From a virus (taxonomy: Duplodnaviria; Caudoviricetes), in IMG/VR virus record IMGVR_UViG_3300032280_000787, positions 1 through 50,342 of that record: a stretch of DNA of 50,342 nucleotides. One strand, 5' to 3'. The position numbers and the translations under genes are program-made. Positions 21,201 to 28,983 of the stretch are shown in pieces (positions within the stretch are counted from its first letter, which is position 1; the number at the start of each line of letters is the position of its first letter). The notes beneath the pieces were generated by a model that was not told the origin of the DNA, searched no databases, and saw only the letters and a program-made list of their open reading frames with translations.

Positions 21201-21637
21201 ATCTAGAACCTTTCGGTATCAACCCAATCATCAAAAGAAGAGGAATTGGAGTAGTTATATTCGGTAACCAAACAGCTTATCAGCAAGTTAATTCAGCATT
21301 CAACCTTGTTCACGTTAGAGATCTATTGATTAGTGTAGAAAACGACGTTCAGGAGATCTTGGCTAACTACCTATTTGATTTCAACGAAGATTCAATCAGA
21401 CTAGAAATCAAAACATTAGTAGACAACTACCTAGATGGCGTTAGAGCTGGTGGCGGTATTTATGCTTACCAGACAATTATGGATGCTTCTAATAACACCC
21501 CTGCAATCATCGATATGAACATGGGTATCATAGACGTTATAATCGAACCTGCTAGAGGAATTCAGAAGTTCATAAACAGAATCACAGTTACAAGAACTGG
21601 AGGAATAGCTTCTGGAGGATTTACTCAGTTCGTATAA
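18287..21637 (+). CDS. gp18: Contractile tail sheath protein (T4 gp18-like), 1116 aa
   Basis: N-terminal SGVYTLEFD...GFSNKGPFNTPV; C-terminal YSPY...VPPA, AGQKRG, INPI, GNQT, VRDLL, FDFNEDSIR, DASNNTPAIID. Confidence 0.93.
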   Translation: MANKVKIDYSQFRASGVYTLEFDSSQNVILTSQTIRLVVGFSNKGPFNTPVYIPDVTTLISIFGDIDRSLENKGSFFQRSILTCLNAGPVFALNLLRLNDDTDSANPDEVDYQSYSLDTEEYNGVVTSKLYSSYYNKERFWFADPNYFLATLSVADQGKLFSLVNLGKSPMSIIVRKSTDSSKPLKGYDIFAIDWYGANNVPTFMHPFDYMSDYFIDVIAVYGDWTNYQALSIDPQWSTYFTENGFIKSRIDDFLSNPDVSIVTSVTGCIIPDFVDLNGVNQYIQTLINNDTPSTGLFCAIDEQAFDDICANGSKIDLVGNHLIDELTGDSDLASPRINFLSYDQVLVADYLYTQNVVGVTGATGFVSPTGASVYTSGAKVGTLYTLTGTTGATAGVVYQSFAPYDPNAFDGGLHYLQTSGTGGTAGYLQTAAQKNELKTFLTVSSSNDQKFILGVVSGYTGGLTGGLINQFAEGDLVKLKVTGTKDVSGELRIFFTHPLDTGFYRSQGITVTPTYNLTSYNTGASGSNQPFYTNAYQFGNSDYVDIVSTATPEGVTGPNAPLGVSNVLVGYNASALYQDNKYAEISDGDLIWVNSSGSAVQYLGFEQTVDRDQFNFVNTRAFTNVSLANTTITNIAAFGTPYASNNVGLPVATQNTDIVSQEGSINEFVDCTRIDVTTFLVTQDVNGNAPFSVGDLVVSTDLDLCEPSTGNRQNRLAKITTVSATTTAGTYRVTSARPVLYYTSGSGVRVQKFKSIAQFTRSFDFTYLSGFTMTDWHRPNGSDARISEILDVMYNTNIAKTLAAKDVISYRYIIDTFSGQILPNTKYQLSRLAMLRQQALAIINAPSMAQFRASTDPRFTDAPTAANPYPRLNTAYIADGGNLSLNPSYTFSLPSEADGAKYAAFYSPYITVRETNRNVDVPPAAYVSNNFLRKFANGEPYAIIAGQKRGVISGGNIVGVEYDFTEEDRANLEPFGINPIIKRRGIGVVIFGNQTAYQQVNSAFNLVHVRDLLISVENDVQEILANYLFDFNEDSIRLEIKTLVDNYLDGVRAGGGIYAYQTIMDASNNTPAIIDMNMGIIDVIIEPARGIQKFINRITVTRTGGIASGGFTQFV

Positions 21638-21659
21638 TTGAAGAGATTTAAAGAAGGCA

Positions 21660-21667
21660 GATAAATA
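21660..21667 (+). promoter_or_regulatory. Putative late promoter variant GATAAATA
   Basis: One mismatch from both T4 TATAAATA and the local GATATATA; 9 nt before ATG 21677. Confidence 0.5.
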
Positions 21668-21676
21668 TAAGTAATT

Positions 21677-22231
21677 ATGGCAGGATTATCTCACTTTTCA
21701 AATTCGATATCAGCAATAAACAGGTTCGAACCTGTTTATCTGAATCAGTTCGAAGTTACTATTGTCCCACCGGCAGCTGTTGCCGGTGGTGAAATTTTAC
21801 TTCAACATGTATCCAAGGTAAGTGGACTTTCTTTGGATAAAAACCCAGGATTAGCTACTCAGAAATTTAAGTTTGCTAAGAGAAACTATGCTGGTGCTAA
21901 ACCAGATCAGACTTACATGGATCTTAGCGTTAGTTTCTCTGTTAACTTGAACGATGACAATTCAATGTACGTTTTCAGAACATTGAGACAATGGTCGGAT
22001 CTAATCTACAATCCACTTACTGGAGCAATGGGATTAAAGAACGATTACGTTGGAACAATAGTTGTTAACATCTTTAATAAGCAAGGAGATGTTTTTAGAA
22101 GAATTACATGTAGAGATTGCTTTCCGACTAAACCAATTTCTCCAATGAACCTAAACTACACATCAACCGATTTATATAAGATTGATGATATGGTGTGGGC
22201 AGTTGATTATTGGGAGGATTTATTCCTATAA
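21677..22231 (+). CDS. gp19: Tail tube protein, paralog 1 (T4 gp19-like)
   Basis: Follows the sheath; NQFEV, LRQWSDLIYNPLTG, CFPT, DYWED. Confidence 0.85.
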   Translation: MAGLSHFSNSISAINRFEPVYLNQFEVTIVPPAAVAGGEILLQHVSKVSGLSLDKNPGLATQKFKFAKRNYAGAKPDQTYMDLSVSFSVNLNDDNSMYVFRTLRQWSDLIYNPLTGAMGLKNDYVGTIVVNIFNKQGDVFRRITCRDCFPTKPISPMNLNYTSTDLYKIDDMVWAVDYWEDLFL

Positions 22232-22246
22232 AAAGAATTTAAATAA

Positions 22247-22822
22247 ATGGCAGGACTACCACATTTTACCAATTCAAAAGCAGCTATAAATAACTTTGAA
22301 CCGGTTTATTTAAATCAGTTCGAGGTTATAATAAACCCACCTGCTGGTATAGTAGATGCTTCTACTACTTTTAATGGTGAGGGTATATTAGCTCAACAGG
22401 TTAAATCCATAACTGGATTAGCAGTAGATATTGCTCCTGCAGCAACTATAGAGCAAAACTATAAGTTTGCCACCAGAAGATATGCTGGGGGTGAGCCTTC
22501 TACTTCTGATATGACTCTTTCAATGGAATTCGAGGTCAACCTTAACGACCAGAATTCGATGACCGTATATAAGATTCTTAGACAGTGGTCGGATCTAATC
22601 TATAATCCCCTAACTGGAGCTATGGGTCTTAAATCTGATTATGTCGGATCTATGGTTATCCAAGTTTTCAATAAAAGAGGGGATGTTTTTAGAAGAATCC
22701 GTATACCTTCATGCTTTCTAAGTGAAGCTATAAATGCAATGGAGCTAGACTATGAGACTCCTGCAATCTACAATCTTAGTGCAAGCTGGATATGTGATTA
22801 CTGGGAAGATACCTTCCTATAA
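22247..22822 (+). CDS. gp19: Tail tube protein, paralog 2 (T4 gp19-like)
   Basis: Shares MAGLxHFxNS, FEPVYLNQFEV, LRQWSDLIYNPLTGAMGLKxDYVG and DYWED with paralog 1. Confidence 0.83.
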   Translation: MAGLPHFTNSKAAINNFEPVYLNQFEVIINPPAGIVDASTTFNGEGILAQQVKSITGLAVDIAPAATIEQNYKFATRRYAGGEPSTSDMTLSMEFEVNLNDQNSMTVYKILRQWSDLIYNPLTGAMGLKSDYVGSMVIQVFNKRGDVFRRIRIPSCFLSEAINAMELDYETPAIYNLSASWICDYWEDTFL

Positions 22823-22844
22823 TAAACAATATCGAAAAAATATT

Positions 22845-22877
22845 AAAAAAAAAGAGGTCTTTTTGGCCTCTTTTTTT
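22845..22877 (+). terminator. Intrinsic terminator after the tail tube genes
   Basis: A-tract, GAGGTC-ttttt-GGCCTC stem-loop, then T7. Confidence 0.8.
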
Positions 22878-22912
22878 GTTTCCTGTTATATAATAGAAAA
22901 AAGAAAAATCTT

Positions 22913-24025
22913 ATGAATAATGGACTATCTCCGGAGCAGATCTTAAAAATGAAAGAAATCGAAGGAGGAATTAAATACGATGATCCGATAACTGAGGAGC
23001 AATCTTCTATAACAACAATAGAAAAAGAGGAGAACCAGAAAATTCCAGAGATTAAACGGGAAGATCCTAAACCTGAGCCTATTGGAAATGTAAATCAGCA
23101 AGACCCTAAAATAAATGTTGTTGGTTTAGATCAGAGTGTTAGCAAAAATTCTTTTGGAAAAGCCCAAACAGTTTCAGATTCCCCAGCTTTTGATAGCGGA
23201 TGGAAAAACCTTCCGGTAAACATTCTGCCATCAAAGGGAATGTTTTATCCGGATAAAACAAGAATTGCAATAAGAGCTGCTGAAGTAAAAGAGATAAGAC
23301 ATTTTTCAACTATAGACGAAGATGATAATCTAGACATAGAAGAAAAACTTAGCTACATTTTGGATAGATGCTTCAGAATGGATTTTCCTGGTGAGGGCGT
23401 TGTTTCTTACAAGGACTTAAAACAAGAAGATAGATTTTTTGTTATCATGGCAATAAGGGATTTAACATTCGTTAGGGGTGAAAATTCAATAGTTCTAAAA
23501 CCAAAGAAAAAGTGTAAATCTACACCAGACTGCCCGTTCAACGAAGGGATTGAATTGAGAACAGGTGTTTTAAGTGCTTATGATATAGAAGGAGATATCC
23601 TGAAATACTATAATCCGGAGACAAGAAGCTTCGTATTTACAATAAAAAGAACTGGTAAATCTATAGAGATGTCGGTTCCAAGTATAGGTGTAACCCAAGC
23701 TATCTCTGATTTTGTTAGAAGTGAATACCTAAAAAACAATCAAGTAGATGAAGGATTTATCCAAATTTCTCCTTTCATCTTTAGTGAGTGGAGGGATCTA
23801 ACCCAAGAAAAGATTAAGCTTAAACTTAAGGAATCTGATTTCTGGAGTAAAGAGGAATATAGCTTATATTTTGGACTATCGGAGAAGATTAAAATAGGAA
23901 CCAAGTTAGAGGCGAAACAGAAATGTCCAGTTTGCGGTGATGAGGAGGTCACCGCTGATATTACCTTTCCCGGCGGGATCAGATCTTTTTTCCTTATTTC
24001 AGATATCTTTAGAGAACTTCTTTGA
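22913..24025 (+). CDS. Baseplate hub assembly/tail chaperone protein (T4 gp26-like)
   Basis: LPSKG, IRAAEVKEI, DRFFVIMAIR, CPVC and terminal GGIRSFF; lies between tube and tape-measure-like genes. Confidence 0.65.
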   Translation: MNNGLSPEQILKMKEIEGGIKYDDPITEEQSSITTIEKEENQKIPEIKREDPKPEPIGNVNQQDPKINVVGLDQSVSKNSFGKAQTVSDSPAFDSGWKNLPVNILPSKGMFYPDKTRIAIRAAEVKEIRHFSTIDEDDNLDIEEKLSYILDRCFRMDFPGEGVVSYKDLKQEDRFFVIMAIRDLTFVRGENSIVLKPKKKCKSTPDCPFNEGIELRTGVLSAYDIEGDILKYYNPETRSFVFTIKRTGKSIEMSVPSIGVTQAISDFVRSEYLKNNQVDEGFIQISPFIFSEWRDLTQEKIKLKLKESDFWSKEEYSLYFGLSEKIKIGTKLEAKQKCPVCGDEEVTADITFPGGIRSFFLISDIFRELL

Positions 24026-24200
24026 TATTAAATTTAGGCTTTGGTATGAGCATAAGCTAGATCCAAACTGGTTGGAATCTATACCTTTCTATGAATATCA
24101 AATATGGATCGATAAATTAAACGATACCATAGAGAAAGAGAATGCAGAAGCACAATCCGAGGGAGGCGTAACACAGCTATTTAGTTTTACATCTAAATAA
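23937..24200 (+). CDS. gp51-like hub assembly catalyst; start uncertain, possibly reached by frameshift
   Basis: FFDIKFRLWYEHKLDPNWLESIPFYEYQIWI resembles the small gp51-annotated ORFs that follow gp26 in T4-like phages; overlaps the upstream gene in the +1 frame. Confidence 0.55.
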   Translation: MMRRSPLILPFPAGSDLFSLFQISLENFFDIKFRLWYEHKLDPNWLESIPFYEYQIWIDKLNDTIEKENAEAQSEGGVTQLFSFTSK

Positions 24201-24209
24201 GTAGATCTA

Positions 24210-24217
24210 AATATATA
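24210..24217 (+). promoter_or_regulatory. Putative late promoter (RATATATA class)
   Basis: AATATATA 5 nt before ATG 24223. Confidence 0.45.
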
Positions 24218-24222
24218 CAGAT

Positions 24223-25764
24223 ATGTCAGATCCTAAATTAACAGCCCAGATGTTAGATCTCAGTAGAAATATTGAGAAGCTAACAGGTGCGGTAAAAACT
24301 AATACTGAAAGCACCGATCAATTACAAAAAGCTAATTCAGATTCCGATAAGGGACTTAAGGATATTGCTTCCAATTTGAAAAATCTAAATTTTAAGGATA
24401 TATCCAAAGAATTTAAGGACATATCTAAAAACATAAAGGATTTAGACTTTAAAAAGATCGGGGAAGATTTTAAGGGAGTAACCAAATCATTTGGTGAAAT
24501 AGGTAAAAATCTGGGAGATATAAAAAGCCTGAAGGATATACCTAAAAGTTTTGGTGATATTTCTAAATCACTAGGTGGAATAAAGGATCTCGGTAAGGAT
24601 TTTAAAGGTATAAAGGATCTGGGTAAAAACATAGGAGAAGTAACCAAGGATCTTAAAGGTGTTGGTAAAATAAAGGATATAGTATCTGGTGGTATAGGTA
24701 AGAAAATATTAGGAGCCTTCGCCGACGGAGGTCCTGTTGAAGAAACCGGAAGTTATCTAGTTGGAGAAAGAGGTCCGGAGGTGGTTAAATTGGAAGAAGG
24801 GAGTAAATTAGTCCCGAATGAAAAATTAGTAACCGCAGACCAGAAGCTTACCGAAAAGAAGGGACCGACAGAAAAACAGATATCCAAATACAAAAATTAT
24901 CTTCTGGGTGAGTATCCTGACCATTATGAGGAGTTTCCTGAATTTCTGGAAGGTGACGTCAAGGATTGGATTGATCGTGTCCGATATCAATCCTCTGATA
25001 CTATAGATAGTTTACTGGAAGGTAAAGGTGAAACATTCACTAAAGAGGATGTGGCTAAGTTGTCAACCCCAGTAAAACCTGAATCCGCATTATCCCCTAC
25101 TGCAGAAGCAGAGCTATCTAAAAAAGAAAAGAGGAAGAAAGAGAAAGAGGAAGAGAGATTAGCCAAAGAGGAAGCTAAGACCAAAAAGAACGAATCCAAG
25201 CTAGAGAAGAGTTCGGAAAGAAAGGAGAAGCTTAGTGATTTAACTGGTAATCTAAAGGAAACCGGAAAGAAAGCACTAAGTGGGGATATGATTTCAAAAG
25301 CTACTACACTGGGAGCTGGATTACTTTCTAAAAACATAAAAACCGAAAATCCTTTAGCAAAAAAAGCAATCGAGAGCGGTATAAAATTTTCTTCCGACAA
25401 TCTGGCTAAATCCTTACAAAAACCAGAATTGGTTTCTAATATATTGCCTCTTAAAAAAGCAGCTCCGAAAAAATCAGAATCGGAAGAGAAAAAATCAACC
25501 TCTGAGGAATCTGTTGAATCTAAAAAAGCAGAGCAGGATAAGACTAGTCAAAGTGCATCTTCAATTAAAGATAAAGAGTCTGTATCGTCGACAAAATCTC
25601 AGGAGTCATCTGAAAAAAGTTCATCTAAATCCGAAACAAATATATCAAAAAATGATATTGATGATATAAAATCTGCACTATTTAGAATGACATCATTATT
25701 AGAAGGTACCTTAACGGTATCCCCTATTGAATCACCCTATAGACCAAATTCCAGAAGAATCTAA
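24223..25764 (+). CDS. Tape-measure-like tail protein
   Basis: Amphipathic FKDISK/IKDLGK repeats, then FADGGPV...YLVGERGPE, a motif typical of tape measure proteins; canonical position. Confidence 0.6.
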   Translation: MSDPKLTAQMLDLSRNIEKLTGAVKTNTESTDQLQKANSDSDKGLKDIASNLKNLNFKDISKEFKDISKNIKDLDFKKIGEDFKGVTKSFGEIGKNLGDIKSLKDIPKSFGDISKSLGGIKDLGKDFKGIKDLGKNIGEVTKDLKGVGKIKDIVSGGIGKKILGAFADGGPVEETGSYLVGERGPEVVKLEEGSKLVPNEKLVTADQKLTEKKGPTEKQISKYKNYLLGEYPDHYEEFPEFLEGDVKDWIDRVRYQSSDTIDSLLEGKGETFTKEDVAKLSTPVKPESALSPTAEAELSKKEKRKKEKEEERLAKEEAKTKKNESKLEKSSERKEKLSDLTGNLKETGKKALSGDMISKATTLGAGLLSKNIKTENPLAKKAIESGIKFSSDNLAKSLQKPELVSNILPLKKAAPKKSESEEKKSTSEESVESKKAEQDKTSQSASSIKDKESVSSTKSQESSEKSSSKSETNISKNDIDDIKSALFRMTSLLEGTLTVSPIESPYRPNSRRI

Positions 25765-25769
25765 TAAAA

Positions 25770-25801
25770 TTTTTTTTTCTCCAACCGTATAGTTATATTT
25801 G
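25770..25801 (+). promoter_or_regulatory. Putative early, host-sigma promoter (T-tract ... TAnnTTTG)
   Basis: TATATTTG at 25794-25801 fits the Bacteroidota -7 element; T-tract starts 24 nt upstream. Confidence 0.55.
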
Positions 25802-25828
25802 GCGACTATATTCATGGAGTAATTTTAT

Positions 25829-26386
25829 ATGCGCAGAGAAAAAGCTATCACGTCTAAGGACTTATCTTTCTTAAATGACGAGTTTTTACAGGAACCAAAC
25901 TGGAAAATTGTAAAATTTTCAGATAATAATGGATTATTTTACTTTAAGGGGTTTACTTCTGACACTTCTGACCTTATAATTGATCATAGGAGTGATAAGA
26001 TATACTTAGAAATGGCGCAAAGCTGGGCAAAAAATTCATACTGTGAGAGAAAGAAGGTCGGATGCTTAATTGTAAACAATAAGGCTATAATTTCGGATGG
26101 CTACAACGGATCTCCGTCCGGATTCCCGAATAAGTGCGAAATTGACGATGTGACTCTACCGTATGTGCTTCATGCAGAGGCTAATGCTATTACTAAACTA
26201 GCTAGAGGGACTCAGAGTTCAGATGGATCATCCCTTTACGTTACCCTCTCTCCTTGCTATGAATGTTCAAAACTTATCATACAATCTGGTATAAAAAGAG
26301 TAGTTTTTAATCAGATTTACAGAAAAACTGAATCTATATCCTTTCTTGCTGAGGCAGGAATAGAGATAATAAAAATAAATATTTAA
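25829..26386 (+). CDS. cd: dCMP deaminase
   Basis: KVGCLIV, GYNG, HAEANAI, SPCYECSKLI zinc motifs. Confidence 0.93.
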   Translation: MRREKAITSKDLSFLNDEFLQEPNWKIVKFSDNNGLFYFKGFTSDTSDLIIDHRSDKIYLEMAQSWAKNSYCERKKVGCLIVNNKAIISDGYNGSPSGFPNKCEIDDVTLPYVLHAEANAITKLARGTQSSDGSSLYVTLSPCYECSKLIIQSGIKRVVFNQIYRKTESISFLAEAGIEIIKINI

Positions 26387-26393
26387 TTGTTGC

Positions 26394-27002
26394 ATGGAGA
26401 AAAATATACAGAAACTCGCCGAGGATTTTATGGAGACAAGATCAGACAGAGAATTCCAACCATTATTTGACAGACTTAGACCCGGCGTATTAAACCATTG
26501 CTTTCTTATAGTGAAGGAGAATGAATTAGCACAGGATGCCTTTATTAACACGATGGCAAAAATTTGGCTGAAGATAGATCAGTATGATAAGGAGAGAGGC
26601 AATTTTTCTACGTGGTGCTATAACATAGCCAGGAACGAATCTCTACTGTTACTAAAATCAAGAAAAAGATATTTTTCTCATAATGAGGCAGAGCTTGATT
26701 TTCTTTCCGCTAAAAACAGTATTGGCGATTTAGGTGGCGTTTATTTAATGGAGGAGGATCCTGGAAATTTTATATTTGGGGAGGAGAATACAGTAGACGA
26801 AATTTATGAATCCGTATTAGACGAAATTAGGGATTTGCCTGATCTATATAGGGATATCATGATAGACCGCGAAATCCATAACATGAAGTACAAAGACATC
26901 GCCGAGAAGTACGGTATAAAGAAAAGATCTATAGCTACCCGAATAAGACGAGCCAGAGGAAAAATCCGTAAAAAGATGGGCGGAAACAATAAATCCAATT
27001 AG
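26394..27002 (+). CDS. ECF-like sigma-70 family RNA polymerase sigma factor
   Basis: Region 2 AQDAF...YD...FSTWCYNIARN; region 4 LPDLYR...KYKDIAEKYGI...IATRIRRAR. Confidence 0.88.
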   Translation: MEKNIQKLAEDFMETRSDREFQPLFDRLRPGVLNHCFLIVKENELAQDAFINTMAKIWLKIDQYDKERGNFSTWCYNIARNESLLLLKSRKRYFSHNEAELDFLSAKNSIGDLGGVYLMEEDPGNFIFGEENTVDEIYESVLDEIRDLPDLYRDIMIDREIHNMKYKDIAEKYGIKKRSIATRIRRARGKIRKKMGGNNKSN

Positions 27003-27009
27003 GATATAA
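26983..27009 (+). promoter_or_regulatory. Putative middle promoter variant GAAAC-N17-TATAA
   Basis: Overlaps the end of the ECF sigma gene; 13 nt before ATG 27023. Confidence 0.45.
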
Positions 27010-27022
27010 TATAGAAAAGGGT

Positions 27023-27460
27023 ATGTTCAGGATTTTTAAAGTTATAAAGGAGATAAGGCTCTATCGAGAGTATTCCCGCATTATAAAGAAGGAGGAGAAA
27101 GAATCTCCTATGTGGAAAAGAAAAAACTTAAGAAGAGATTCACTGAATAGAGTTTACACTGTGATCAATCTTCCTCTCCAGGTTTTGGCCTCTGTGGATC
27201 TTCCAAGAGAATCCAGACCATCTTTTGTAGTCCAGGAATTGAAACCAATTAACGAATATCTGAAATCTTTAAATCTTGAAGAGATTATTACTATGTGGAT
27301 AGAACCTGTTAAAGGAACAGACGATGAATCATACTTGGTAGTGTATCAATTCCTATTCAGAAGCATTACTTGGCTTTGGATACTAAGGCTAGTTCTGGAA
27401 ATATTTGCTATCTCTTTATTTTTCTATTACCGAACGGAAATATTTTCACTATTCAGCTAA
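27023..27460 (+). CDS. Hypothetical protein with C-terminal transmembrane segment
   Basis: 145 aa; hydrophobic WLWILRLVLEIFAISLFFYY. Confidence 0.7.
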   Translation: MFRIFKVIKEIRLYREYSRIIKKEEKESPMWKRKNLRRDSLNRVYTVINLPLQVLASVDLPRESRPSFVVQELKPINEYLKSLNLEEIITMWIEPVKGTDDESYLVVYQFLFRSITWLWILRLVLEIFAISLFFYYRTEIFSLFS

Positions 27461-27465
27461 TCTCA

Positions 27466-28269
27466 ATGTCCCAAGAATTAATCGAATTGAAAAAAAGGGA
27501 AATTGAGGAAAGACTAAAAATATACTCTGACCCCAATTTTACTTTCCACGAGGAATCTCATGTTTACCGGTACGCTGGAAAAAAGTACGATTCTGTCACC
27601 ACATTTCTTAAAGTATTTAAAGTCCCATTTGATAGAGAATATTGGTCGAAGAGAAAAGCAGATGAAAGAGGCGTAGATGTTTCTGTTGTATTAAATGAAT
27701 GGCAAACAAAGGGAGATGTTTCCAGAAGTCTGGGGACTGACGTACACAAGTTTATAGAGGATTTCTGGATGGGAAAAAATCCGGAAATTCCAGAGGATCT
27801 TGATGTTAGGGATAGGGTCTTAAAATTTATGGATGTCTATAACAAAAGGCTACATAAGCTAACTCCATTAAAATCGGAACTTAAGATATTTTCTAAAAAA
27901 TGGAGACTTGCGGGAACAATAGATCAGCCTTTACTTCTATGGGACCAATTGAATGAAAAGGTACATCTGATAATAGGGGATTGGAAAACCAACGGTGAAT
28001 TTAAGGACGACAAGCACCCAAAAGGGAGATTTAAAAAATTACTTAGACCTTTTCATAATCTTTACGAGAATGATCATAATGAATATTCGATCCAGATAAG
28101 TCTATATCGTCTTATCTTGGAGGAGATTGGTATAGAGACTGAGAGCGGATTCCTACTTCATTTAGGACCGGAAGATCCTAAGATCTATCCTGCTAAAGAT
28201 TTAAGAGAACCACTAAGAGCATATTTAGACCAGAATAGAACAGAATTTGATATTTTTGAAATAGCTTAG
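27466..28269 (+). CDS. PD-(D/E)XK superfamily exonuclease (start moved from 27370 to ATG 27466)
   Basis: SVTT, GTDVH, LAGTID, IGDWKT, QISLY; the longer start would overlap the upstream gene by 91 nt. Confidence 0.85.
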   Translation: MSQELIELKKREIEERLKIYSDPNFTFHEESHVYRYAGKKYDSVTTFLKVFKVPFDREYWSKRKADERGVDVSVVLNEWQTKGDVSRSLGTDVHKFIEDFWMGKNPEIPEDLDVRDRVLKFMDVYNKRLHKLTPLKSELKIFSKKWRLAGTIDQPLLLWDQLNEKVHLIIGDWKTNGEFKDDKHPKGRFKKLLRPFHNLYENDHNEYSIQISLYRLILEEIGIETESGFLLHLGPEDPKIYPAKDLREPLRAYLDQNRTEFDIFEIA

Positions 28270-28296
28270 AAACAAAAATAGTAAATCGATCTAAAA
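28269..28296 (+). promoter_or_regulatory. Putative middle promoter GAAAC-N18-TANAA
   Basis: GAAAC 28269-28273, TAAAA 28292-28296. Confidence 0.6.
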
Positions 28297-28314
28297 CAAT
28301 AAAAAATAATAAAA

Positions 28315-28890
28315 ATGGCAAAGAAAAAGTCTGAAGAATTAAACCCGAATCTAGCTGGAATGCAAGGAATGCAAGGAATGCAAGGAATGCAAGGAATGCC
28401 AGGTGGATCATCAGTTGTTGATTTCGAAACAACACAATCAGGAGCATTCGAAAATAACGTAGTTGTTGACTCGGAATTAATCGAAAGTATTGAAAATCAA
28501 ATCCAGGAAAAGAAAGAGGAGTTAAAAAGCAAAGTTTATGCTGTAACTTGCTCTGATTCTCTTTTTACTGAATATGAGAATTTCATGAAAGAAAAATCTG
28601 AATGGAATTCTACAGAGGCTTTAGGTGTTGTTGAAATAAACAAACAAATTGCTAGAATTAAAAAAGAGGGAATTAAAGATGGGGTAATTTACCTAGGTGC
28701 CTTACCTCTAGAAGCAAGTCACTATTTCCTTAGCAAATCTAAGGGAACTGGAGTAGAAAGCGCAGAAGCTTTTATTCGTCTTTATAAAGTTTTTGATCAA
28801 GCTTTAAATGATGCTAAGACGGACGCTTCAAGTATCAAGGATCTAGAAAAACAACTTGCTGCTGCAATGCAGGGTATTACTTTAGGTTAA
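28315..28890 (+). CDS. Hypothetical protein with GMQ repeat
   Basis: 191-aa ORF with its own promoter motif and terminator. Confidence 0.8.
   Translation: MAKKKSEELNPNLAGMQGMQGMQGMQGMPGGSSVVDFETTQSGAFENNVVVDSELIESIENQIQEKKEELKSKVYAVTCSDSLFTEYENFMKEKSEWNSTEALGVVEINKQIARIKKEGIKDGVIYLGALPLEASHYFLSKSKGTGVESAEAFIRLYKVFDQALNDAKTDASSIKDLEKQLAAAMQGITLG
28357..28401 (+). repeat. 9-bp tandem repeat GGAATGCAA x4 plus GGAATGCCA
   Basis: Read directly; encodes GMQGMQGMQGMQGMP. Confidence 0.95.
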
Positions 28891-28907
28891 GATAACAAAA
28901 AAATAAT

Positions 28908-28934
28908 AAAAGCTAGCATCAGCTAGCTTTTTTT
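28908..28934 (+). terminator. Intrinsic terminator
   Basis: AAAAGCTAGC-atca-GCTAGCTTTT with T7 tail. Confidence 0.85.
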
Positions 28935-28956
28935 GTATTCCATAGTTTTTGGAATG

Positions 28957-28964
28957 GATATATA
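28957..28964 (+). promoter_or_regulatory. Putative late promoter (RATATATA class)
   Basis: GATATATA just after a terminator, 19 nt before ATG 28984. Confidence 0.6.
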
Positions 28965-28983
28965 CACAGTAAAATTATTTATT

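Noticed and set aside
22885-22892. GTTATATA as a late promoter for the gp26-like gene
   Set aside because: Position after a terminator is suggestive, but it mismatches the otherwise constant second base and cannot be assigned to a class with confidence
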